From Malacoraja senta (lineage: Eukaryota): a stretch of DNA of 64,000 nt. Of the stretch, positions 1-12,740 are shown in pieces. Where the stretch lies: assembly GCA_038087875.1 (NCBI GenBank), contig CM075998.1:6078001-6142000 (forward strand). The letters are read 5' to 3'. Position 1 is the first letter of the stretch. Every line of letters starts with the position of its first letter. The translations under genes were made by a program, and so were the position numbers. The notes below the pieces were generated by a model. That model did not search any database. It was not told where the DNA came from and saw only the letters and a list, made by a program, of their open reading frames with translations.

Positions 1-1477
1 AACTAATGTGGCACCACAGGGATCATGTTTACGCTTTCAAAATTCATAATCAACAATTTATTAGAGGGCACAAAAATAGGAATGTGAACAGTGATGAGGA
101 TGCAAAGAAGCTTCAAAGGGATATAGACAGGGCCGGATTTACGTATAAGCTTGACAAGCTTAAGCTTTGGGCCTCGAGATCTTGGGGGGCCTCGCAGAGC
201 CGGATTTACCACTAGGCTTCATAGGCTGAATTTGGCCGCCATTGCTGTCCGATCGCTGCCTCGCTGCCAGCGCCGAAAACCAACGCAGAATCACTCCCTG
301 ACCCTGGATCTGGAGTAACTCCCTGGAGTAACTCTTGCTTCTGGTTTCCTGGTCCTCCATAAATATTCTAAATGGAATTTAAACTGGAGGTGGTGGAGGG
401 CTGAACAATAACAGCCTATTGCATTTTATCTGTTTATTTATTGTGTATATATATGGTCTATGATATATAGACACACTGAACTTTTATCTCCTGTTCTGTA
501 TTATGTTCACATATTCTGTTGTGCTGCAGCAAGCAAGAATTTCATTGTCCTATCTGGAACACATGACAATAAAACTCTCTTGACTTTTGACTTGGACTTA
601 AGCAAAAAAGGGTTCTTGGGGAAAAAAGAGGTACCTTAAATTTAGTTGCGTCTGGTTGGGTAACTATGGTAGGGTGAAGACTATTTCATGCTTTAATTAT
701 GCGGGGGAACTCCATGGAGCAGCCAGCAACTCTGGATAGAAGAAATTGGGTGACGTTTCGGGTAGAGACCCTTCTTTAGACTCCCTCTGGTTTTAATGTC
801 TTTAGTTTAATTTAAAGATACAGCGTGGAAACAGGCCCTTCGGCCCACCGAGTCCACGCCGACCACCGATCACCCGTACACTAGTTCTATCCCACACATT
901 AGCGACGTGAGTCAAGAGTGTTTTATTCTCTCACGTCCCAGTTAGAACAATGAAATCCTTACTTGCAGCAGCACAACAGAATATGTAAATATAGTACTCT
1001 GTAAACAATGTTATAAACGAGAAAACAAAACGGTGTATATTTATATATGAATATATAACTATATCAATATATATGTGTGTGTGTGTATATAATATATACA
1101 CCCACACACACACACACACACACAATTTCCCTCCTGGGATTAATAAAGTTCTATCGTATAGTATCGTGTGTGTAGGAAGGAACTGCAGATGCTGGTTTAA
1201 ACTGAAGATAGACACAAAAAGCTGGAGTAACTCAACAGGTCAGACAGAATCTCTGGACAAAAGGAAAATATTACGTTTTGGGTTGGGTCTGAAATAGGTT
1301 CCTGCACACCTTTGGAATGTGGAAGGAAACAAGAGCACCCGGAGAAAACCCATGCGTTCAAAGGGAAAAGGAGCAAACCCCATACAGACAGCACCCATAT
1401 TGAGGATCAATTCCGGGTCTCTGGCACTTGTTGGCAGCAACTTTATGGCCAATGTACAGCCCCATAGTCTTGAACTG

Positions 1478-2102
1478 AATTAAAACGCCAAGTGTAGCAT
1501 TTCCTGCGGTTGCAAGGGAAAATGCCAGGAGAGGGGGTGGTTTGGGTGGGAAGGGACGAATTGACCAGGGAGTTACGGAGGGAGCGGTCTCTGCGGAAAG
1601 CCAACAGGGGAGGAGATGGGATGATGTGGCCAGTGGTGGGATCCCATTGGTAGACAAAAAAGCTGGAGAAACTCAGCGGGTAAGGCAGCATCTGTGGAGC
1701 GAAGGAATAGGCGACGTTTCGGGTCGAGACCCTTCTTCAGATTGATGTCAGGTGGGGGGGGGGGGGGATGTCATGAAAAAGAAAGGAAGAGGCGGAGACA
1801 CTAGGCTGTGGGAGAGCTGGGAACGGGAGGGGATGGAGGGAGAAAGCAAGGACTACCTGAAATTGGAGAAGCCAATGTTCATACCGCTGGGGTGTAAACT
1901 ACCCAAGCAAAATATGAGGTGCTGTTCCTCCAATTTACGGTGGTCCTCACTCTGGCCATGGAGGAGGCCAAGGACAGAAAGGTCGGATTCGGAATGGGAA
2001 GGGTAGTTGAAGTGTTGAGCCACCGGGAGATCAGGTTGGTTATTGCGAACTGATTGGAGGTGTTGTGCGAAGCGATCGCCAAGCCTGCGCTTGGTCTCAC
2101 CG
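1478..2102 (-). mobile_element. Penelope-like element fragments (GIY-YIG 3' part plus terminal repeat)
   Basis: ORF 1853-2173 contains GETKRRLGDRFAQH...VAQHFN...E, a GIY-YIG-type motif. Terminal repeat with hammerhead motif at 1711-1740. Confidence 0.85.
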
Positions 2103-2462
2103 AGGTTGATCATACGCTGAATAATCCAACCACATTTTTGTTTGGAAGTGGAAAGAAATAATAGAAATTGCATTCATTGCAACGTGTAAAAAGTTGAGAT
2201 ACTGTATTATAATTTTGCTGCATGTCATTGTGGTATATATCATGTTTATGAATATGTTTAGTTTGCGACTTTATTTGAAGCAAAATGTGAATGCTTCATT
2301 GAGCATAATTCCGACTGGTAACTACGCACTTCGTCCAAGCACATTATCGCACGCGTCATGCAAACTATCTTAAATGACCACCTAAATTGTCATTTGGCAA
2401 CTTAAAATGCTGCCAAGGTTGCCCGGCTGACAACAGAGAAAACAAATTAAGTGAGAGCCCTG
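2103..2462 (-). mobile_element. Terminal fragment of the CAGGG-ended DNA transposon family seen at 36482-40174
   Basis: Clearly similar to 38402-38777; ends in AAGTGAGAGCCCTG. Confidence 0.8.
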
Positions 2463-3087
2463 CAAAGTGTATAATATTTTTGACACTGTCATAGGCCTTT
2501 CTTACATATGCTGTCACAACGCACTGCAGTCTCGAAACAACCCTTCAGCAATTTTTCTTGCCCTCCATTTCAGAATAATAGGGTTTTAAGCCAATAACTC
2601 GACACCAGCACTGGCAATAAATAAATAAATAAAAGCGCATCTTTCCAGCCCCTTATCTCATTGGCCACGCTCGGCCGCAAATCGGTGTCAATCTGGTGGA
2701 CCATCTTCCTCTAGTCGTGGGGGTGGGGGATTGGGAGGGGCCTCACAAGTGGAACAGCTTAGGGCCTCTCTTCATCTAAATCTGGCCCTGGATATAGACA
2801 AACTGGGTGAGTGGGCAACAACATGGTAGATGGAGTACATTTGAAAAAAAATGCAATGTTATCCACATTGGTAGAAGAAACAGAAATACTAAGTATCTCT
2901 CAAATGGTTGGCAGTTCAAATATAAAAATAAAGATTCTTACGAAAATTATTTAAGGCTTTGATGAGATTACCCAGTGGTGTTATTTACAATTTTGCCCCC
3001 TTACCCAACAATACATTTGCTTTAACAAAAAAAAAGGAGAGCAGCTGAAGGAACTCAGTGGGTCAGGCCGTATCTGTGGAGACTGTT

Positions 3088-3395
3088 AGGGGTGGCACGG
3101 TGACGCAGCGGTAGAGTTGCTGCCTCACAGCGCCAGAGACCCGGGTTCGATTCTGACTACGGGTGCTGTCTGTACGGAGTTTGTACGTTCTCCCCGTGAC
3201 CTGCGTTGGTTTTCTCCGGGTGCTCCGGTTTCTTCCCACACTCCAAAGACGCACAGGTTTGTAGGCTAATTGGCTTGGTACAATTGTAAATTGTCCCTTG
3301 TGTGTATAGAATAATGTGAGTGTGCGGGGATCGCTGGTCGGCACGGACTCGGCAGGCTGAAGGGCCTGTTTCCACACTGTATATCTAAACTAAAT
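3088..3395 (+). mobile_element. tRNA-derived SINE (HE1-like elasmobranch SINE)
   Basis: Pol III A/B-box-like head GGCACGGTGACGCAGCGGTAG...GGGTTCGATTC; CR1-like 3' tail GAAGGGCCTGTTTCC ending in CTAAACTAAA. Degraded copies near 1300-1450 (-), 8465-8730 and 24945-25230. Confidence 0.85.
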
Positions 3396-3988
3396 TATTC
3401 ATCTTTACTGTGTTCAGTTTTGGTCGTCCTGCTATAGGAAAAAAAAGCAGAGAAGATTTACGAGGATGTTGCCAGGACTTGAGGGCCTGAGCTATAGGGA
3501 GAAGTGTGTAGGAAGGAAATGCAGATGCTGGTTTAAACCGAAGATAGACACAAAAAGCTGGAGTAACTCAGCGGGTCAGACAGCATCTCTGGCGAGAAGG
3601 AATAGGTGATCTTTCGGGTCGAGACCCTTGTTCAGACTTCCTCAACTTCTCTTCTGGTTCTTTCTGCTCTTAGACTCACCCCCCCAACCCCCCTAGTTCA
3701 AACTCTCCTGAGTACATCAGTAAATCTCCCACCCAAGATATTGCTCCCACTCCAGTTCAGGTGCAACGCATCCCTCTTGTGCAGGTCATCTCTGCCCCAG
3801 AAGAGATCCCAATGATCCAGGAGCCTGAATCCCTGTCCCCTACGTGAGCTCCTCAGCCATGCATTCATCTGGCTTAACCTTCTATTTCTGCCCTCACTAG
3901 CACATGGTGCTGGGAGTAATCCAGTGATTCAACCTCTATCGTAACTCCCAATATTTACTCTGCGGAACTCTTCACATTTTCTGCTTAA

Positions 3989-4682
3989 AGTGCCTGTCCC
4001 ACTTACGAGTCCTTGGCACGCAAATTACGCGACCTCGTGGTCGCGTTGAGGCACCCGGGCATCGTGTGACCAAGCGGGGCCGGTCCCACTGAGAAGCGCG
4101 GAGGGGTATGTAGTTGTGCGCGACATCGTGCGGGGCTCCGAAATTTTTGTAGCGAACAAAATCTTTGCGCGCCACCAGCCTGTCGCGGAACTGACGGCCA
4201 AAGTGGGACAGGCCCAAGACCCTGGCGCTACGCAACGTCTCACCTCCAACAGCAGCAGAAGCAGGCAAACGATCGCCGAGCTCGGCCTGGGGCTCACGGC
4301 CGTTGCGGTCCGGATCCGCCCCCACTTCTACTCCCAGAGCGGGGCCAAGAAAATGGAAAATAGACACAAAATGCAGGAGTAACTCAGTGGGACCGGCAGC
4401 AACTCTGGAGAGAAGCAATGGGTGACGTTTCCGGTCAAGACCCTTCTTTCAGACTGAAGAAGAGTCTCGACACGAAACATTATCCATGCCTTCTCTCCAG
4501 AGATGCTGCCGGTCCCGCTGAGTTACTCCAGCTTTGTGTCCATCTTCAAATGACGTCACGCGCTCCAGACGGCTGTGCGGGCGCATGAAGTCGCACGTGA
4601 CCTTCGCGGGACCGTCGCGGCTCAACGCGACCACGAGGTCGCGTAATTAGCGTGCCAAGGACACGTAAGTGGGACAGGCCCT
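3989..4682. mobile_element. PIF/Harbinger-type MITE containing a Penelope terminal-repeat foldback (4359-4545)
   Basis: About 60-bp TIRs AGTGCCTGTCCCACTTACG... and ...CGTAAGTGGGACAGGCCCT; 3-bp flanks TAA/CAA. Confidence 0.75.
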
Positions 4683-5361
4683 CAAGTCATTGGTAACAAT
4701 GTACACAATGACTGCTGGCAGATCCCACCCCCACCCCCACCTCCGAGAATTTAGTGCAACTGTTCAGAGACATCCTCGACCCTAGCAACTGGGAGGCAAC
4801 GCTGCACCCTGCATCTCGATTACTATGGCTCTGTCTGACTCCACCCTTCCCTGCTGAACTTCAGAGATGAGTCACCTCTCATATATTTATTTTTTGTTCC
4901 AGTGAGGAGACAATGAGTAGGGTAGGCCTATAGCCTCTGGAGTTTAGAGAAATGAAAGGTGATTATGGCGAAACATACACGGATCTGACAGGGATTGGTG
5001 GTCGGTGCTGAAAGGCTGCTTTCTCAGGCAGCAGAGTCCAGAACCGGGGGCACAATCTCCCAGCACAATCCCCCGATAAGGGAATGGCCATTTTTGGACT
5101 GAGATGAGGAAAGACGGTTGACTTGGTTGGTTGTAAATCTTTGGAATACTCGCTCCCAGGATGGTGTGGAGAATGAGTTCTGAAAGTTCACAGGGCTGAG
5201 AGCGAGAGGTTTTTCGGAATCTTTGGTGTTTTGCGAGACGGAAAAGTGGCAAGGCCCAAGATCAGTCTTGATTTTTTTGAATGGCACAGCAGGCTTAGGA
5301 GCTGAAAGTTTCGTCACATCCTAATGTTTCAACGTTAATAAACAATATAATGAGAAAGACT

Positions 5362-5583
5362 GTATAGGAAGGAACTGCAAATGGTGGTTTACACTGAATA
5401 TAGACACAAAATGCTGGACTAACTCAGCAGGACAGGCAGCATCTCTGGAGAAAAGGAATAGGTGACATTTCGGGTCGAGACTCCCAGTTTGAAGAAGGGT
5501 CTCGACCCGAAACGTCACCTATTCCTTTTCTCCAGAGATGCTGCCTGACCTGCTGAGTTAGTCCAGCATTTTGTGTCTATCTC
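5362..5583. repeat. Inverted pair (foldback) of Penelope-like terminal repeats
   Basis: GACACAAAATGCTGGACTAACTCAGC... is mirrored by ...GCTGAGTTAGTCCAGCATTTTGTGTC. Similar foldbacks at 4359-4545, 21612-21820, 25787-26032 and 56450-56580. Confidence 0.8.
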
Positions 5584-5746
5584 AATGAGAAAGACGGCTG
5601 TAATCAAAGGGAACCCGGAGGCTTTTTCAGTTTAAAGGCCAGTGCTGGCCAGACATTGTGTTCTCAGGCATGGGAACGGCTGAATCCAACAGACAAAACT
5701 GTAGATACTCAACCAGTCAGGCAGCATTCACGGAGAGAGAAAATTA

Positions 5747-6192
5747 CCGTATTTCCCGGCAATGAAGACGCTATTTTTTACCCGAAAATTTACCTGCGTC
5801 TTGGAGGCCGAAGGTTAGATTGTTAGCCAAGAAAGATAGACTTGGCTATTCCTCAGTACAGCAACATCAAGAATGATGCTGCTGTACTGAGGGATAAGCA
5901 AGCCTATCCCTCATTGCTGGTAGCTGATTTGCAGGGAGGGCAGGAGCGTTGGGAAGGAGGGGGTCGGGGATCATGCCAGCAAGTCACTCAGTAGCTCGGG
6001 TGGCTGCAAGCGGCCGCCGGGACCGGACAGCGGAACCGTCCGCCACCTTAGCGCCTTCTGCCGGCCGGCCCGGCCCGCCAGCCATCCACGGTGTCCTTCG
6101 GCACAGGCGCAACCGGTGGAGGTGGTGGTTGGCGGGTAGCTACTGGGGGTGCATTTTCGACGCAGGTGCGTCTTCATTGCCGGGAAATACGG
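5747..6192. mobile_element. Tc1/mariner-superfamily (pogo/Tc2-like) MITE
   Basis: Perfect TIR CCGTATTTCCCGGCAATGAAGACGC at both ends; TA on both flanks. Confidence 0.85.
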
Positions 6193-6484
6193 TAGTTAAT
6201 GTTCCTGGATGATCAACCCGAAATGTTAACAATAGATCTCTCTCCACAGATTTCTATTTTTATTTCAGATTCCAGCATCTTATGTTTTATTTTTGCATTT
6301 CAAAGATCTGATTCAATTTGGGTTGAAATCGGGGAGACTTAAGGCAAGAACTCAGTAAGCAGTAATAGGAGGAAGAGACCTGCAAGGAATGTGAAATCTG
6401 ACTGGATGAGCAGGCAATTTTACTTATCGTGAATTTGGAAAACATGGGGAAGTTTGAAATTGCGGTACCACTGTAAGTGATGGT

Positions 6485-7285
6485 CTTCTTCTTCAAGTCC
6501 GTTGCAATCTCAGATGTCGTTCTGCCAGTATCTGGCGCAGGTCACAGCTGGTCGAGTCGGTTCAGCCAGGTCCTGGGGGCTGCACTGGGGGGGGGGGGCG
6601 TCGTCACACTCCAGTAGGTGGGACATTGTCTGTACTGCTCCACAGCCGCATGTGTCTTCTGCCTGGTAGTTCCATGCTTTCATAAGTGCTTTACACCTCC
6701 CCTGCTCCACTCGTAATCTGTTGAGGGTCTTCCAGGTTGGCCATGGGAGGTCGTGCCCGCTGGCGAAGCATTCAGTCGGAGTGATTCCTCTCTCCATCCA
6801 GTCGTGGGCTCGTGTGTTGAGCTGGTTCCATTCATCTTTCCAGATGTTGGTCCTTGCTGTTTCTTTGGTTGTCTGGAGAGGTGGGACTGTCTGCAAGAAA
6901 CTGGCTCTGGATTTCAGTCGGGGTGGAGGTGCTGTGTGTCCGTGCAGGGGGGTGCCTGGTATCGATCTCCTGTGCTCTCCGCTCGTCTTGGGCGACGATG
7001 GATCGTCCGATATGGGGGGGGGGGGGGGGCAATACCAGCTGGGGCGTAGAGGCACGGGACTGGCGTTGTCTTTATGCATCCCGTGATAATGCGGCAGGTG
7101 TCGTTGAGGGCTGTGTCAACCAGTTTGGAGCGGCTCCAGCTTGAGCACGCGTATTCAGCTGTGGAGAAGCACAGGGCTAGGGCAGTTGCACGGATGGTTG
7201 GTGGATCAGCGCCCCACTTTGAGTTTACCAGTTTGCGCAGGATGTTGTTGCGAGTGTTTACCTTGGCTTTGGTGTTCTGAAGGTG
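6485..7285 (-). mobile_element. 5'-truncated Ingi/Vingi-like (or RTE-X-like) LINE 3' end
   Basis: ORF 6510-7079 ends in WKTLNRLR...C.CG..QT..H...C zinc-finger motif; (GAA)n tail at 6485-6495; GATGGT on both flanks. Confidence 0.65.
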
Positions 7286-10039
7286 GGCGATGGTTAATTG
7301 ACTAGTGTTGCCTCATCTTATAGCTGTGGGGAAAAGTAAGGAGTCTATGAAATACTCAGCCTGGGTTTCATTCCTCAGTCAGGATGATCCTCATCCAAGT
7401 AGCAGGAGAAATATTTGCATTTAGTATCGGTTTATTGCTCCTGAATGAACTTCACCCAACATTGCAAACAATGAATTCCTTGGAAATGCAATCTATATTT
7501 GAAGAAAAATAACGGCATTGATATAGATCCTACCATGTTCTTTCTATAACACCTTGAGATGTTTATCTACCAGCAGTGCACCTGCTATGGTGTGACAAAC
7601 ATTGCAGGCAATACACTCACAGCATGTTTGCACAAACTGCAGTGTAATAAAGTCTGGGTAATTTGTATTTTCAATAATATCACGTGGGGAATAAACTCAT
7701 CTGCTTTTCTTCGAAAATGGGCCTTCTCCTATGAGGCTCTCCTAAGAGGGCAGACAGGTTCTCTAATTAACGTGTCTCGTCAAACAATGTTCCCAATAGA
7801 TTAGAGAATAGTTGTATTTATTCTTGCTTTTGACAGAGGAACTGATCACCCAGGAGATTTTCTCCGGTTTCTTCAAAGGGAGCCAAAGGATCTTTAACAT
7901 TCGTGGGCAAGCGGAACCGTACTTTGTGACATATTATAGAAGAGCAGATGACCAAATGCTTGGCCAATGTGGTCGTTTTTCACAGAGAAAAGAGATGGAG
8001 ATGGTTTGGGAGTGAATTCCAGGACTTACAGTCTTGGCCCACGACCTTCTGAGAGAGAAGCTTGCCAGGGATACTATAGTTGGCTTCAATCTCTCCAGGT
8101 CAAGGGAGAGGGAGGAGGGCAGCCATAGATGAAACTCTCATCTTTCAACAATGTATGTCATTGACTGCAAAGTGGACTGGGACCACATGTTCACGATCAA
8201 AAGGGAATGGCATCCAAATGGAAATGCAGATGTCCAATTTATTGAGTCCCAACAGGGTAAGGCTCACCAGTAATGACCCCGGCACTCCACTGTCACTTGG
8301 AGACCTGGAACGAAAAATGCCTTGGTACGAACCACTAACTCGGAGGGCAGAAGCATGGATAAGGAATGGTACACCTAGTTTTAGACTTTATCTCTATACA
8401 GCTTGGAAGCAGGCCCTTCAGCCCAACAAATAAAGAAGGCGAGCACCATTTTATGAGTGTCACAGAGGCGCAGTTAGTGGAGCAACCCAGGCTCGATCTT
8501 GACATGCCGATCCTGTCTGTGTGGAGTTTGCAAGTTCTCCCTGTGGCTGCGTGGATTCCCCTACAGGATGATTGGTTAAATGACTACTGTAAATTGCCCC
8601 TGGTATCTTGGGGGGGGGGGGGGGGGCAGATGCTAGAAATGTGCAGAAAATACAAAGGGTTTAGTGTTTAATCGTTGCTGTCCACTCAGTGGACTGAAGA
8701 GCCTGTTTCCTTGCTCATTGATTGTGACCTGTCCAGACACTGTCAGTGATTATCAGACACTGGCTTCAATTAGGAATCGCGCCTAAATGGTTTTGGTTAG
8801 GTTCTAAATAATTAAAGAAACTACTTCCTGCCAATCAGATTGAGGCTTTTAAGAGCAACCGCGACTTGCTTAAAACTCATAGCACATACCTGCAGTGAGT
8901 GCAGAGAGCATCCGTCTGACGTTCACTGGCACAGTCCCAGAGCTTACAGGACGTTTGCGGCCATTTTATCATGTCCTTTGATGAAGTAGCATTCTCATCC
9001 TTGCTCTGACCTCCTTAAGTGTCAAGCCACTGAAGGTGATGGGGAAAGCCCACACCCCTGCAAAACCCCGTCGAGAATCATAAACATTGGGCATTTCCTT
9101 CTCATTTTCTTGGAACATGTTCATGATGTAATACGTTGGCCTTGGGAGAAAGCTTTGAGAGATGGTCAAAAACTATCCAATCGGCACCGCAGTGAGAATT
9201 AAAATGCTTCTGGCACAGAAAGAGGCCATTCAGCTCATCAGTTCCTTGTTCTCCAATTTTAGGTAACTTCTACAAACACCTCTCTTCCCCCCACCCCTTA
9301 CTTTCCCCCCCCACTCCCTGAAACTTGGCTGACCTTGCACCAGTTTCCCCTCCCCCAACCATTCACCCCACTAAAGGTACGTTACCCAGCTTCACAGCAC
9401 ACAACTATTGCATCCGTCTTGGGCCTAAACCTGTCTCCATCCAACAATCGGCCTAGCAAGGAACCTCCTCACGTGAGGGCATGTGTTGCTGACCCTGATT
9501 TGTCCTGCTTTTTTTCACTTCCAGTTATTTTTTCCCACTCTCCCTACTACAATTAATCTGAAGAAGGGTCCCACCCCGAAACATCACCTATCCATATTCT
9601 ACAGAGATGCTACCTGACCCGTTGAGTTACTCTGGCATTTGGTGTTTCTCTTTCAAAAGCCCAGATTGACTCTGGGCTCTCCTTGAGGCACTGAGTTCCA
9701 TATCAGTATCACTTGTTGCTTCAGCAAGTTTTTCCTCATCTCCTTCCCTCGGTCTTTTGACCAAATCTTTAAATTTGCACTCCCCTCCCCCTGTCACTGA
9801 ATCATCTGCTAATGAGAAATTTCCTTTCGAAAGAGCACATTTAAACCCATGATGACCAGCTGGACAAAGGTGGAAAGGTCACATCATGTCCTAAATATCT
9901 GTATCATATGCAAGTATGTTGATAATGTCACAGATGTCACATGGGCTGGACTGTTTGGAATGAGGCAGAGTTAAAAGTGCTACACTTTCTAAATACTTGT
10001 GTATTTCCTCTAGCACATCCTACTATGGCTAAGGAACAG

Positions 10040-10265
10040 CATCCCCTTTCCCATCAGAACTGCCCCCTCCATCGACTCTTTTAAGTCAAGACTAAAGACT
10101 TATCTATACTCCCAAGCCTTTCCTGGCGTCCTCTGAGTGAGGGCTACATGTATATATGTATGTAGTTTGTTTTGTTTATGCTATTCTTATAACAAATGCA
10201 AAGCACTTTGGCCAACGAGAGTTGTTTTTTAAATGTGCTATATAAATAAATGTGACTTGACTTGA
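10040..10265 (+). mobile_element. L2-type LINE 3' end
   Basis: Ends ...TTTAAGTCAAGACTAAAGAC...AAAGCACTTTGG...AAATGTGCTATATAAATAAA followed by (ACTTG)n. Confidence 0.6.
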
Positions 10266-10559
10266 AATGTGACTAAAAAGAACCAAAGCGACTTAATATT
10301 AAAAGTAATCAACAGATTAGAGATTACGATGAGAACCAGTAGGGAACTAAAGCAGCGATTCTTTACCTGGACTATAGGATACCCTCAAGGAGCTGGGACG
10401 GGGAGGGTCACCAAAGATTGCAAAGGGGTCTGTGAGGCTTCACTAACATTGAGGCCATCAACCCGGGGCAATTACCTGGAAGATCGCAGATCACAGCCAC
10501 CAACACCACCCCCACCAGCCAGACCAGCAAGTGAGTGCATTGGCTGAGACATCCTAATT

Positions 10560-12240
10560 AGTTGGGTGGATAGTTGACTTGATTAGATAAAATTAAGTTC
10601 AGGGCTAAGGGAATGGCCTTGTTGAGGGGAAATGCCTTGGGGAGGTAGAGTGTGAGTCTTTGGCAAGAAGGCTGAGGCAAGGAGGCTACACTTGCATCGG
10701 TTTTGTGTTTAATTGGATTTAAATATTTAAACGTGATGGCAGGAATGTTATTGCAGTGTGTTTGCTGCAGGATGTGGGAAGTCAGGGACACAGCTGGTGT
10801 CACTGACCACTACACCTGTGGGAACTGTGTCCAGGTGCAGCTCCTCGAGGACTGAGTTAGGGAACTGGAGCAGCAGCTGGATGACCTGCGGTCCATCCGG
10901 GATAACGAAACCTTCTGGACAGGACCGACAGTCAGGTCGTCACTCCTAGAGTGCAGGAGGTGCGACGGGTAGAGATGGAAAGAAAGGGGACGAAGCAAGT
11001 GCGTCCTCTTGAAAACATGTACACGCTCTTGGGAGCTGTCTGGTCAGATGACATTTCCAGTCCGAGCGACAGACAGGTCTGTGACTAGAATCCTAGCGCT
11101 GAGACTCGATCGGCGAGACTGATGACAGGCAGAACTATAGTGGTGGGTGACTCCATTGTCCGAGATGCGGACAGGAGATTCTGCAGAGGCAGGCGAGACT
11201 CGAGGAAGGTGTGTTGCCTCCCTGGTGCCAAGGTCCAAGATGTCTCGGATCAGCTTCAGAACATCCTCCAGAGGGAAGGTGAGCAGCCGGAAGTAGTTGT
11301 GCATGTAGACACAAATGACGTGGGTAAGAAGAGGCAGGAGGTTCTGCAACGTGAGTATTGAGAACTAGGTAGGGGGCTGAAAAGCAGGACTTCTAGGGTG
11401 GTTATCTCTGGGTTGCTTCCAGTACCTCGTGCTAGTGAGGGTAGGAACAGGGAGATAGGGGATCTGAACGTGTGGCTGAGAAGTTGGTGCAGGGGGCAGG
11501 GATTTAGATTTCTAGATCACTGGAATCTCTTCTGGTGCAGGGGTGACCTGTACAAAAGGGACGGGTTGCACGTTAATTGAAAGGGGGCTGACATTCTGGC
11601 AGGCAGGTTTGCTAGTGCTACATGGGTGGGTTTAAACTAAATAGTGGGGGGGTGGAGTCAACAACGTGGGCACGTATCCATGCAGCTAAAGGGAAAGAGA
11701 GTGCAGGAAAGGTCACGTTTAAACCAACAGGGCAGGGGGATGGGACCCAATGCAGGGAGACGGAGGACCATAAAAAGAGGACAGAAGCAAAAGGTAGAAG
11801 GGAGATAAAAAACGAAAAACCTGAAAGCTTTGTGCCTTAATGCGAGGAGCATTCAAAATAAGGTGGATGAATTGACTGCGCAGTTAGTGATTAAGGGATA
11901 ATGATATAGTTGGAATTATGGAGACATGGCTCCTGGATGACCAAGGCTGGGAGCTGAACATGCAGGGGTATTTGATATTCAGGAAGGGTAGACAGAAAGG
12001 GAGAGGAGGTGGGGTGGCATTTCTGGTTAAAGAGGAGATTAATGCAATAGCAAGGAGAGACATTAGCTTGGATGCTGTAGAATCAGTATGGGTCGAATTG
12101 CAAAATAGCCAAGGGCAGAAAACGCTTGTTGGAGTTGTATACTGACCATCAAATAGCAGTAGGGAGGTTGGGGATAGCATCAAGCAGGAAATTAGGGATG
12201 CGTGTAGCACAGGTACAGCGGTTATCATTCGAGACTTTAA
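10560..12240 (+). mobile_element. CR1 LINE 5' part: ORF1 (Cys-rich finger plus SGNH esterase-like) and ORF2 APE endonuclease; degenerate
   Basis: IVVGDSIVR and DGLH esterase motifs (11122-11580); LNARSI..., ETWL and GGGVA endonuclease motifs (11830-12240); multiple stops and frameshifts. Confidence 0.9.
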
Positions 12241-12740
12241 TAGTAAGATTAAATGAGAACTTACCAGTTTGAAGTTTGATCTTTATTTTATGAGGAGTTA
12301 CGTTGAGGGATTACGTGAAGAACCCATCAGGGCGCATGCGCGACATATCTTCAAAGCAGTGGTGTGAAATCACAGATACGGTAGTCGAATTAACATAGTA
12401 AGATAAGAACCATAATACCAGCTGACCTTTATAATAGAGGGTGGGCTTGGAGGGCACGTAATCCCTCAACGTAACTACTCATGAAATAAAGATCAAACTT
12501 CAAACTGGTAAGTTCTCGTTTAATCTTACTATTTTACTTCGGAGTCACGTGAGTGACTACGTGAAGATTTTAAAGCTCTGTGATTTCATGCCACGGAACC
12601 AGTCCATGCTTCACACCCTGCTGTCGTAGACTGAGAAGGAAGTATGTTAACAAATGCAGACATGAATCAATTGTTAAAAAGAAACAATGAGTGATTTATT
12701 AACACAAATTATAATAATGACCCCTGTCCTTCGGGGTGTA

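Larger units (their letters stand above)
128..2790. mobile_element. Non-autonomous hAT-type DNA transposon inserted into a CR1 remnant; contains later insertions
   Basis: TIRs CAGGGCCGGATTTA (128) and TAAATCTGGCCCTG (2790). Exact 8-bp TSD GATATAGA at 120-127 and 2791-2798. The CR1 RT-like sequence on both sides rejoins across the insertion. Confidence 0.85.

Noticed and set aside
3090..3160. tRNA gene
   Set aside because: It is the tRNA-derived head of a SINE and continues into SINE body and tail.
7720..7945. Faint similarity to ancient DeuSINE-like sequence
   Set aside because: Too diverged to support by eye.
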